From Faecousia sp. (GTDB taxonomy: Bacteria; Bacillota; Clostridia; Oscillospirales; Oscillospiraceae): 64,000 nt of DNA. The notes beneath the pieces were generated by a model. It did no database searches. It saw nothing but the letters and a program-made list of their open reading frames with translations, and was not told where the DNA came from. Position 1 is the stretch's first letter. Every line of letters begins with the position of its first letter. Both the position numbers and the translations under genes were made by a program. Shown piece by piece: positions 19,796-27,573 of the stretch. The stretch spans positions 119-64,118 of the forward strand of contig JAZNFH010000039.1 of the NCBI GenBank assembly GCA_045589055.1, given 5' to 3'.

Positions 19796-20031
19796 TTGAT
19801 ATATATGCTGCCATATCCGGAATATGCCAATTTTTTAAGCGGATGCCGTGATATGGGCATCTGCTTAACCCATTATTTAATTAACCGTACAAAAACACAG
19901 ATAGCTGAACTTTTAAACCATTCTTGCGTTTATGCTTTCCGTAACACTTCTAAGCAGGAATTTGGGGCAGCCCCTACCAATAGCAACCCGGCATATGAGA
20001 TAAGATTTTGCAGAATTTTGAAAAATATAGC

Positions 20032-20060
20032 TTGACAAATTGCCCAGTATAGGGTATTAT
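20032..20060 (+). promoter_or_regulatory. sigmaA promoter of tRNA-Ser
   Basis: TTGACA-N17-TATTAT. Confidence 0.8.
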
Positions 20061-20087
20061 AAGCAAGCTGATTCGTACAGCGCACTT

Positions 20088-20179
20088 GGAGAAGTCGCGT
20101 AGCTGGCCGAGCGCGCACGATTGGAAATCGTGTATACCCCAAAAGGGTATCGAGGGTTCAAATCCCTCCTTCTCCGCCA
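20088..20179 (+). tRNA. tRNA-Ser(GGA)
   Basis: Acceptor GGAGAAG/CTTCTCC, anticodon loop TTGGAAA, long variable arm, CCA. Confidence 0.96.
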
Positions 20180-20317
20180 TATAATAACAGCCCATCCGCT
20201 AGGATGGGTTGTTGTTTTATTCATATAAGAAAAATCCCAGAACCGTATCGGGGAGTTTTTTCGCGTTGTTTTGGATAACCAGTGTACACGATTAGGAATC
20301 GTGTACACACATACCTC

Positions 20318-20346
20318 TTGACAAGTGCACGGTTATTCATTATAAT
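20318..20346 (+). promoter_or_regulatory. sigmaA promoter of tRNA-Pro
   Basis: Perfect TTGACA-N17-TATAAT. Confidence 0.9.
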
Positions 20347-20357
20347 AGCTAGGCTGA

Positions 20358-20434
20358 CGGGGTGTGGCGAAGTTTGGTATCGCGCTTGGTTCGGGTCCAA
20401 GAGGCCTCGGGTTCGAATCCCGACACTCCGACCA
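20358..20434 (+). tRNA. tRNA-Pro(CGG)
   Basis: CGGGGTG/CACTCCG acceptor, loop TTCGGGT, GGTTCGAATCC, ACCA. Confidence 0.96.
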
Positions 20435-20629
20435 AAAATTCGGGGACCAAATTCGTGGTCGCCGGATTTTTCCTCGTATCGGGATTCGAAAGGCCGTTAA
20501 GAAAACATGCCGGTGGCATGTTTTTAGGCCGTGGGAGAATCCATTTCTTTCAGAACGCATCCCGTAGGGATGTGGGTTGAAAGGAATCTTGTCCATTGGG
20601 TGAAACCCTATAATTACACTCCGACCAAA
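20435..20629 (+). repeat. tRNA-associated structured element, single copy, bounded by a 14-nt duplication of the tRNA 3' end
   Basis: Core AGGCCG..AAAACATGCCGGTGGCATGTTTTTAGGCCGTGGGAGA shared with 60766-61251; ACACTCCGACCAAA at 20423 and 20616. Confidence 0.85.
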
Positions 20630-20669
20630 TATGGAAGTCCACCCACAGGGTGGGCTTTCTTTTTTTGCC

Positions 20670-20895
20670 TTTTGGCATTATCCAGAATCTCAAGGGTCCG
20701 TTTTGTACTATCATAGAAGATTTTTCCCTCAGCAGTCAGCCGGATGTTGTTGGTACTTCTCATAAATAGCTGCTTCCAAGCTCCAGTTCCAACCGCTTGA
20801 CACTGAAAGAAATACCCGAAACCGGAACTTGGTACTTTCTGCCGCACGGGAGAAATTCTAACACTTGCCACTTTACAAAAATGCTGCAGCTTTTT
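20670..20895 (-). pseudogene. LysR-type HTH regulator remnant
   Basis: LQHFCKVA / NFSRAAE / SGISFSVKRLELELG / LFMRSTNNIRLTAEGKIFY spread over several frames and truncated. Confidence 0.75.
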
Positions 20896-20900
20896 CTTCC

Positions 20901-22292
20901 CTACTTCATGGCCGGAATCATCTTTTGCTCGCTATAGCTTCCGTCTGGAGCCTCCAATGTAAATATGTATACCGGCTGGCAGAAGCCTTTTGTGTCAATT
21001 TGGAAGTCCAGAACGCAGGATGTTACATTAACCTTCTGCAGCTCTTTGCGTTCAAAGTAACCCTCGTCCCGGAACTTTCCGGCACAAAGCCGCGCATATG
21101 CTTCCTGTGAAGTAATGATAGAAACCTCCCCATAGTAGGTATAGGACAGAAGGTTGTTTTTAATCGCAAGAATTTCTCCATCAGGCGCGTATCGTACGCG
21201 GATAACGCCATCTTGCATCATTGCACCGTCTGTTACCCGGTCAAGGGAAAAGCTGTGCCAGCCCTCACCCTCATAGACAAGTTCTGCTGCTTTGGGTATC
21301 ATGAGCGGGAATTTTTCCAATGCCTGTTCCAGAGAAGCCCTGTCTGCCTCAATCCACTTCGTTTCGTCCTCTTTCAGCCATCCAATGGACAAGCCATACC
21401 CGCCGCCGAAGTAGTTCACAGACAAAATACCGGTAGGCCTGAGATGATAATAGGCCATCTCCTGATAATAGCTGCCCATATCAATGGACTTGCCAAGGGT
21501 TTGTGCAAGGTCTTCCGCCAGCGCATCACACTGATCTGTTGTTAGTGACTGCGTACGGTAAACTGCAAATTCTTCCCCGATATCCGGCAGCTGGCATTCC
21601 AAGTTCCAAACCACACCTTTGGTTTGGTTGGTATAGGTAGGGGCATCTGTCAGATTACCGTATTCCTTGATCTCATATATCGCAAAAATACTGCCGACAG
21701 CAACCACCGGTACCAAAAACAGGCAGCCATAGGTTGCGACAGTCTTCCATTTTTTATTCTTTTGCAGTGCTGAAAGAATAAACATGATGGCAAAATAACC
21801 GGTAATGCAGCCTAGGGAATTGGCAAACAGGTCATCCACATCGCATACGCCGGTTCCCCGCCAATACTGTATCAGTTCAATAAACATTGAAATGCAAAAA
21901 CCGGAGATAAATGTCCAATGCCACCGCCGGAACCTAGCAAAAAACAATGGCAGCAAAAAGCCAAGAGGTACAAACATTCCCACATTCAGCAGCACATTCA
22001 GCCAGCTTTTAAGTGAAAAGTTATTCCATGCTTCCCGCCATGCTCGCAGCAGGTGCAGGTTTACAGAGCGGATCCCAAAATCCCCGCGTACCAATGTCAA
22101 GAAAAGCAGCGCCAGAAGATATCCTGCCAGCATCACAATACCTAAACATTTTTTCCAATGAAAAGATTTTTTTCTTTTCTTACAGGTCCAGTATGGAACC
22201 AAAATACCAATAACAATCAAGGGAATTGCTAATACGATCAGCATAATGCTGCTTTGGAGTCGATTCAAAACCAAACGCAAAAAATCATTCAT
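20901..22292 (-). CDS. VanZ family membrane protein with C-terminal extension
   Basis: LNVGMFVPLG, IELIQ, DVDDLFANSLG. Confidence 0.88.
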   Translation of the reverse strand: MNDFLRLVLNRLQSSIMLIVLAIPLIVIGILVPYWTCKKRKKSFHWKKCLGIVMLAGYLLALLFLTLVRGDFGIRSVNLHLLRAWREAWNNFSLKSWLNVLLNVGMFVPLGFLLPLFFARFRRWHWTFISGFCISMFIELIQYWRGTGVCDVDDLFANSLGCITGYFAIMFILSALQKNKKWKTVATYGCLFLVPVVAVGSIFAIYEIKEYGNLTDAPTYTNQTKGVVWNLECQLPDIGEEFAVYRTQSLTTDQCDALAEDLAQTLGKSIDMGSYYQEMAYYHLRPTGILSVNYFGGGYGLSIGWLKEDETKWIEADRASLEQALEKFPLMIPKAAELVYEGEGWHSFSLDRVTDGAMMQDGVIRVRYAPDGEILAIKNNLLSYTYYGEVSIITSQEAYARLCAGKFRDEGYFERKELQKVNVTSCVLDFQIDTKGFCQPVYIFTLEAPDGSYSEQKMIPAMK

Positions 22293-22426
22293 AACGGCTT
22301 CCTCCTTTGCGCCTCATTATAGCAAAGCATTTGTATTTAGGCAAATTAAGAGTATCTTAAATTTGTGTATTCATAAAACGCCTGTTTTGTCACATACTAC
22401 TTCCAAAAACGCAGGAAGGTGCACCA

Positions 22427-23443
22427 ATGGAAAAACGAAAACAGGGAAAGCAAAGCTTTCTCTTTCCGGAAAAGCCTGTAATCTCAACTTGGGCTGCAGT
22501 TGCAGGAAAAAAAGAAAAAGAAGGACCTCTTGGACGGGAGTTTGACCTGACCCAGGAAGACAGTTATTTTGGGCAGAAAACATGGGAGCAGGCAGAAAAA
22601 AGAATCCAGCAATTAGCGCTGGAAAAGCTGCTGGAAAAGGCCGGAATCGGTCATGAAAAGCTCGACTTGGTTTTTTCCGGTGATCTTCTGAATCAATGTA
22701 TCAGTTCTTCCTTTCCCTTGCGCAATACCGGAATCCCCCATCTTGGTCTTTACGGCGCATGCTCGACCATGGCAGAAAGCTTGCTTCTGGCTTCCATGAC
22801 CATTTCCGGAGGATTCGCCGAGAAAGTAGTCGCCATGACTTCCTCTCATTTTGCTTCCTCTGAGCGGCAATACCGTTTTCCCCTGGGCTACGGTGGGCAG
22901 AGAACACCGACTGCCCAGTGGACTGTAACCGGTTCCGGCGCAGCACTGGTCTGCGCAGAAGGAAGAGGCCCGATCATCGAATCCGCTACTGTCGGTACTG
23001 TAACCGATCTCGGTATCAAGGATGCCAACAACATGGGTGCCGCCATGGCACCTGCTGCCCTGGCTACCATCAAAGCCCATTTTGAGGATTGCCATACCAG
23101 CGACAGCGATTTTGATCTAATCGTCACAGGCGATCTTGGACAGCTTGGGAAAGAGGCGCTCTTAGCCATTGCCAGAAAAGAAGGGCTCTCTCTTGGGGGC
23201 AAACTGGCAGACTGCGGCACGATGGTGTTTGATCTGAACAAGCAGGATGTGCATTCCGGTGGCTCCGGCTGCGGCTGCAGTGCCATAACCCTCTGCTCTC
23301 ACCTGCTCAATCAGCTGCAATCCGGCAAACTGAAACGGATTCTGTTCTGTGGAACGGGAGCATTGCTCTCTCCCACTTCCACGCAGCAGGGACTGCCCAT
23401 TCCCGGTGTATGTCATGCTGTGAGTATTTCCGGAGGTAAGTAA
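22427..23443 (+). CDS. spoVAD: Stage V sporulation protein AD
   Basis: KEKEGPLG, GDLLNQ, GACST, GGSGCGCS, GALLSPTS; CATACTA promoter element upstream. Confidence 0.96.
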   Translation: MEKRKQGKQSFLFPEKPVISTWAAVAGKKEKEGPLGREFDLTQEDSYFGQKTWEQAEKRIQQLALEKLLEKAGIGHEKLDLVFSGDLLNQCISSSFPLRNTGIPHLGLYGACSTMAESLLLASMTISGGFAEKVVAMTSSHFASSERQYRFPLGYGGQRTPTAQWTVTGSGAALVCAEGRGPIIESATVGTVTDLGIKDANNMGAAMAPAALATIKAHFEDCHTSDSDFDLIVTGDLGQLGKEALLAIARKEGLSLGGKLADCGTMVFDLNKQDVHSGGSGCGCSAITLCSHLLNQLQSGKLKRILFCGTGALLSPTSTQQGLPIPGVCHAVSISGGK

Positions 23444-23444
23444 C

Positions 23445-23801
23445 ATGGACTATATTAAAGCATTCTTGGTCGGTGGCATTTTGTGCGCTATCGGCCAGAT
23501 CCTGATTGACAAAACGAAGCTGACCCCGGCAAGAATTCTCGTGTGTTATGTGGTTGCGGGTGTATTTCTTGGCGCGGTTGGTCTGTACGAAAAATTGGCA
23601 GAATTTGCCGGAGCCGGTGCGACGGTTCCGTTAACGGGCTTCGGCTACAATCTGGCAAAAGGTGTCAAAGAAGCCGTGGATAAAGATGGCTTTATCGGGA
23701 TTCTCAAAGGTGGCTTGGAAGCATCTGCCGGTGGCATTACAGCCGCAATCACGGCAGGACTTCTTGCCAGCCTGCTTTTCAAAGCCAAGGATAAAAGCTG
23801 A
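23445..23801 (+). CDS. spoVAE: Stage V sporulation protein AE (SpoVAEb type)
   Basis: AFLVGGILCAIGQILIDKTKLTPARIL, AGAGATVPLTGFG. Confidence 0.9.
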   Translation: MDYIKAFLVGGILCAIGQILIDKTKLTPARILVCYVVAGVFLGAVGLYEKLAEFAGAGATVPLTGFGYNLAKGVKEAVDKDGFIGILKGGLEASAGGITAAITAGLLASLLFKAKDKS

Positions 23802-23817
23802 TTTTCTGGGTAAGCTA
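23789..23817 (+). promoter_or_regulatory. sigmaF/sigmaG-like promoter for the N/Q peptide
   Basis: GGATA-N15-GGTAAGCTA. Confidence 0.5.
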
Positions 23818-23860
23818 GGAGAGCGGCTCAGCCGCAGAAAGAATTGACGGAGGAAAAATC

Positions 23861-24010
23861 ATGAACAGCAACAGAAATCAGAATAACCAGAACAATTACC
23901 AGAATAACAACCAGAACAACCAGAATCAGAACAACAACCAGAACCAGAACAACAACCAGAACCAGAACAACAATCAGAACAACCAGAATCAGAATCGCAA
24001 CAGCCGATAA
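23861..24010 (+). CDS. 49-aa Asn/Gln-rich peptide (below ORF-track cutoff)
   Basis: GGAGG RBS, ATG, MNSNRNQNNQNNYQNNNQNNQNQNNNQNQNNNQNQNNNQNNQNQNRNSR, TAA, downstream hairpin. Confidence 0.8.
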   Translation: MNSNRNQNNQNNYQNNNQNNQNQNNNQNQNNNQNQNNNQNNQNQNRNSR

Positions 24011-24020
24011 CGGTACAATA

Positions 24021-24056
24021 CGGGGCGCCCTCACAAGAGGACGCCCCGCATATTTT
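24021..24056. terminator. Terminator hairpin between the N/Q peptide and addA
   Basis: CGGGGCG-CCCTC-ACAA-GAGG-ACGCCCCG followed by ATATTTT. Confidence 0.7.
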
Positions 24057-27000
24057 ATAACCAGACTAACTGGCCAAGATGGAAATAGTACAGTGCTTTC
24101 GATTTTACCGGAAGCTTATAAATACGGCTTAACGCCTCTGCATAGGTTTCTACCTGAGAGCGGTACCGCTCTGTAACAGAAAAGACGCTGTCTTTTGTCA
24201 CATAATCGGTTTTAAAGTCTACTACAGTGATACCGTCCGGCTCCAGCAAGGCACAGTCCACCACGCCCTGCAGCAGTACCTGCTCTCCATCCAACCCTTC
24301 TCCATACTGACTGGCATCATCCAATATGGAAAACTTAAATTCACGAAGAACATCCTTGCTTTTGCGCAGTTTGATTCCGATGTCACTCCGGAAAAACCGG
24401 GCGATGTCCGAACTGTTTATCATCGCTCCCTGCTCCGCCGTTATAAACTGCTGCTCTACCAACCGCATAATTTCTGAACGAACACCGGTTTCGTTTTCAC
24501 AAGCTTCATACCGGATATATTGTAAAGCCGCATGGACAGCACTTCCGTAAGCAGTCCCCTGCTGCGTTGTGGCCGCAAATTCCGGTACACGCCAGCTGCG
24601 GTGCATTTGCTTAGACTCCTGGGCCGCCTCAGCAGCCTCCTGATCCTTCATGCGACCTTTCCGCTGGGTGGCAGTCTGTTTGGAAGGTGTTGCCGTCGCT
24701 GCAGTATGTCCATACCGGAAGCTGAGCCTTTGTTGCATACGCAAAACATCAGATTCTGAAATTCCGCTATCATGCATTTCTTCTATATTTTCCAGCCGGG
24801 CAATATTGCCAGCATAGCCATCCACCACGCGGATCAGCCACGGGTCTTCCGTTACCGTTGCTTTCTGTGGCTTACCACCTAGAGCGAAGAATTCTCCCGC
24901 TTCCGTTCTCTGCAACGCGCTGTACAACACCCACTGACCGGGGCAGCTGACATCCCGGGTCATTGCCACCTTACCGGAAATATCCATTCGCAGAGCAATA
25001 TCCGTTATGTCCTTATCCAGGCTTTGCGAGGCATAGGTCATGATCAGCCGGTCACGGGCGCGGGTCATAGCCACATACAGTACACGCATTTCCTCAGAAA
25101 GGCTGTCTCCGGCCATCTTCGCCGCTATGGCGGCCTTGGAAATCGTAGGATACCGAACTCTCGTGCTGTTGTCTGCGCAGGACAGGCCCAAGCCCATTTC
25201 CTTGTGGCACAGTACATTCTGCCGCAAGCTTTCCTGATTGAAGCGCTTGGAAAGACCGCATAGAAATACTACCGGGAATTCCAGACCCTTGGACTTATGA
25301 ATACTCATAATCGTTACGCAGCCGGCTGCACTCTCCGCACCATTGGCGGGAAGTCCCCGTTCGTCCAAAGCATCCAGATGCACAAGAAACCGGTCCAAAT
25401 CCCCACCGCCGCTGCCACTGAATGCCGTGGCCAGCTGATAAAATGCCTGCAGATTTTCCACTGCACATCTTCCGTCTTCCATGGCGGAATAGATGGTATC
25501 AATCCTCGTTACATGAAATACCTTTCCCAAAAGTACCGGTAGTGTTTCCATCACCGATGCTTTTCTCAGGATGTCCAACATGTCCAGAAACGAGATTGCT
25601 TTGGGGTGGGTGCTTCGGATCAATGCATCGTAAAAGCAGCATTTACGATTTTCACTGCGAATCGCTGCAAGGTCATCCGCAGTCAAGCCAAACACAGGAC
25701 TTGCCAAGGCAGCCAGCAGCGGGATATCCTGCCGGGGATTGCTGATGGTCTGCAAAATGGAACGAAATGTTTGCACTTCCGGTGTTTGCAGCAGATCTGT
25801 ACCGCTTCCGGAGGCGCAGCGAATGCCCCGCTGCGCCAGTGCAGACACGAATTCTCCACCAACAGAACCGGGAGAACGCAGCAGAATCACCACATCCTCC
25901 AGTCTGATGGGACGCAGTGCATCCCCCTGACGCACAAAATGGGTTCCATCCGTCAACTGGCATATCCTGTCCGCCACAAAAGCAGCCTCTTCGGCATAGG
26001 TATCTTCTGTCACGCGGATCCCATAGAGCTCTACCTCCGGTTCATTCAGCTGAATATGCGGTACGCCTTCCCGCAGAGCTTCCGCCTCCGTGTAATCGAT
26101 TCCACCTACAGCTTCCGTCATGCAGGCAGCGAACACATGATTCGCACCGGAAATAACACCCCCACCGGAACGGAAGTTGCTGGACAGCAGCACTTTTCTG
26201 CCCTCGCCGGGTTTCGCCAATGCCGCATCTTCATAAGCAGAATACTTTTTCAAAAAGATCTCGGGATCTGCCAGCCGGAACTGGTAGATGGACTGCTTCA
26301 CATCTCCAACCATGAACAGATTATTTCTGCGCTGTGTCAGTGACGAGAAAATAGCATCCTGAACACCATTGGAGTCCTGATATTCGTCCACCATAATCTC
26401 CCGAAAACGATCCCCGATTTCCCGTGCCGCGGCAGTAACGGTGCTGCGGCTCTTTCCCACAAGCAGATCCAGCGTCTTCTGCTCCAGATCACTGAAGTCC
26501 AACACCCTTCGCATCCGCTTGAGTCTGCTGAACTGCCGGGAAAACGCCGTAACCAGTGCCATCAGACCACGGGCAGCAGCGGCAGACTGGGACAAATCGG
26601 AAAGAACCTGTTTTGCAGAATCCGCAAAAACCTTTGTTTTTTGTTCTACCGCATCCTTACAGGCAGCACGAACAGCCTTAATCGGTTCCGTAAGCTCCGG
26701 AACATCCGCTTTTTTGGGAAAGAGAAGACGACCGTAATCAATATTCCTCCTGGCTGTAACTTCATCCCATGTAGTGCTTTGCCGCAAAGAAATCAGTTGA
26801 TTTACCGTATCCCGCAGCAGCGCGGCAGGCTTTTCGAGGCCGGGTATTCCGGCTGCCGTATCGGCACAGCGCTCCATTGCCGGAATCTGATCGTCAAGAC
26901 AGAGAAATAAGTCCTCCAGCAGGAAGCGGCCCCAGATAGTTTCGCAGGGGTCGGCAATATTCTCTACCGCGGTGTCCGCAACACAATGCTCGCACCAGAC

Positions 27001-27573
27001 TTTGGGAGAAATATGGCACATCGCACTGTCATACACTGCTTCAATGATCTGGATCACCAGACCGTCACTGCGTCCCATGCCTTGGGTATCCACAAAGGCT
27101 TGCAGATCCGGATCTGTGCCGATGCCGTTGTAGGCAGCTTCCAGCACATCCTCCATGGCACGGCTGCGTAGCTGCAGTATCTCATTTTCATCTGCAACAC
27201 GGAAATCTGCTGAAATGTCCAGAAGATATGCATATTCCCGCAGAATATCGGAGCAGAAAGAATGGACTGTGGATATTTTTGCCAGATACAGCCGCTGAAG
27301 CTGTCGCTGCAGATGCCGGTTCCCCGGATCCGCGGCAATATGCTCCGAGAGCTTTGCCGCAATCTTGCTGCGAAGCTCCGCCGCTGCCGCCTTGGTGTAG
27401 GTGATGATCAAGAAATCATCGATATTGGCAGGATCTATCGGATCCTGGATGTATTTCAGGAGACGGTCCACCAGAACCTTGGTTTTACCGGAACCGGCGG
27501 CCGCGGAAACCAGCAGCTTACCGCCGCGGTTTTCCACTGCCATCTGCTGCTGCGGTGTCAGCTTTTCAGCCAT
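24055..27573 (-). CDS. addA: Helicase-nuclease AddAB subunit A
   Basis: AAAGSGKT, VDEYQD, GDVKQSIYQFR, HKSKGLEF, YVAMTRA, C-terminal GVVD..DFKT nuclease. Confidence 0.96.
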   Translation of the reverse strand: MAEKLTPQQQMAVENRGGKLLVSAAAGSGKTKVLVDRLLKYIQDPIDPANIDDFLIITYTKAAAAELRSKIAAKLSEHIAADPGNRHLQRQLQRLYLAKISTVHSFCSDILREYAYLLDISADFRVADENEILQLRSRAMEDVLEAAYNGIGTDPDLQAFVDTQGMGRSDGLVIQIIEAVYDSAMCHISPKVWCEHCVADTAVENIADPCETIWGRFLLEDLFLCLDDQIPAMERCADTAAGIPGLEKPAALLRDTVNQLISLRQSTTWDEVTARRNIDYGRLLFPKKADVPELTEPIKAVRAACKDAVEQKTKVFADSAKQVLSDLSQSAAAARGLMALVTAFSRQFSRLKRMRRVLDFSDLEQKTLDLLVGKSRSTVTAAAREIGDRFREIMVDEYQDSNGVQDAIFSSLTQRRNNLFMVGDVKQSIYQFRLADPEIFLKKYSAYEDAALAKPGEGRKVLLSSNFRSGGGVISGANHVFAACMTEAVGGIDYTEAEALREGVPHIQLNEPEVELYGIRVTEDTYAEEAAFVADRICQLTDGTHFVRQGDALRPIRLEDVVILLRSPGSVGGEFVSALAQRGIRCASGSGTDLLQTPEVQTFRSILQTISNPRQDIPLLAALASPVFGLTADDLAAIRSENRKCCFYDALIRSTHPKAISFLDMLDILRKASVMETLPVLLGKVFHVTRIDTIYSAMEDGRCAVENLQAFYQLATAFSGSGGGDLDRFLVHLDALDERGLPANGAESAAGCVTIMSIHKSKGLEFPVVFLCGLSKRFNQESLRQNVLCHKEMGLGLSCADNSTRVRYPTISKAAIAAKMAGDSLSEEMRVLYVAMTRARDRLIMTYASQSLDKDITDIALRMDISGKVAMTRDVSCPGQWVLYSALQRTEAGEFFALGGKPQKATVTEDPWLIRVVDGYAGNIARLENIEEMHDSGISESDVLRMQQRLSFRYGHTAATATPSKQTATQRKGRMKDQEAAEAAQESKQMHRSWRVPEFAATTQQGTAYGSAVHAALQYIRYEACENETGVRSEIMRLVEQQFITAEQGAMINSSDIARFFRSDIGIKLRKSKDVLREFKFSILDDASQYGEGLDGEQVLLQGVVDCALLEPDGITVVDFKTDYVTKDSVFSVTERYRSQVETYAEALSRIYKLPVKSKALYYFHLGQLVWL

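Noticed and set aside
23828-24034. Minus-strand Val/Leu/Ile-rich 68-aa ORF as a type I toxin
   Set aside because: Reverse complement of the N/Q peptide; RBS and promoter support the plus strand.
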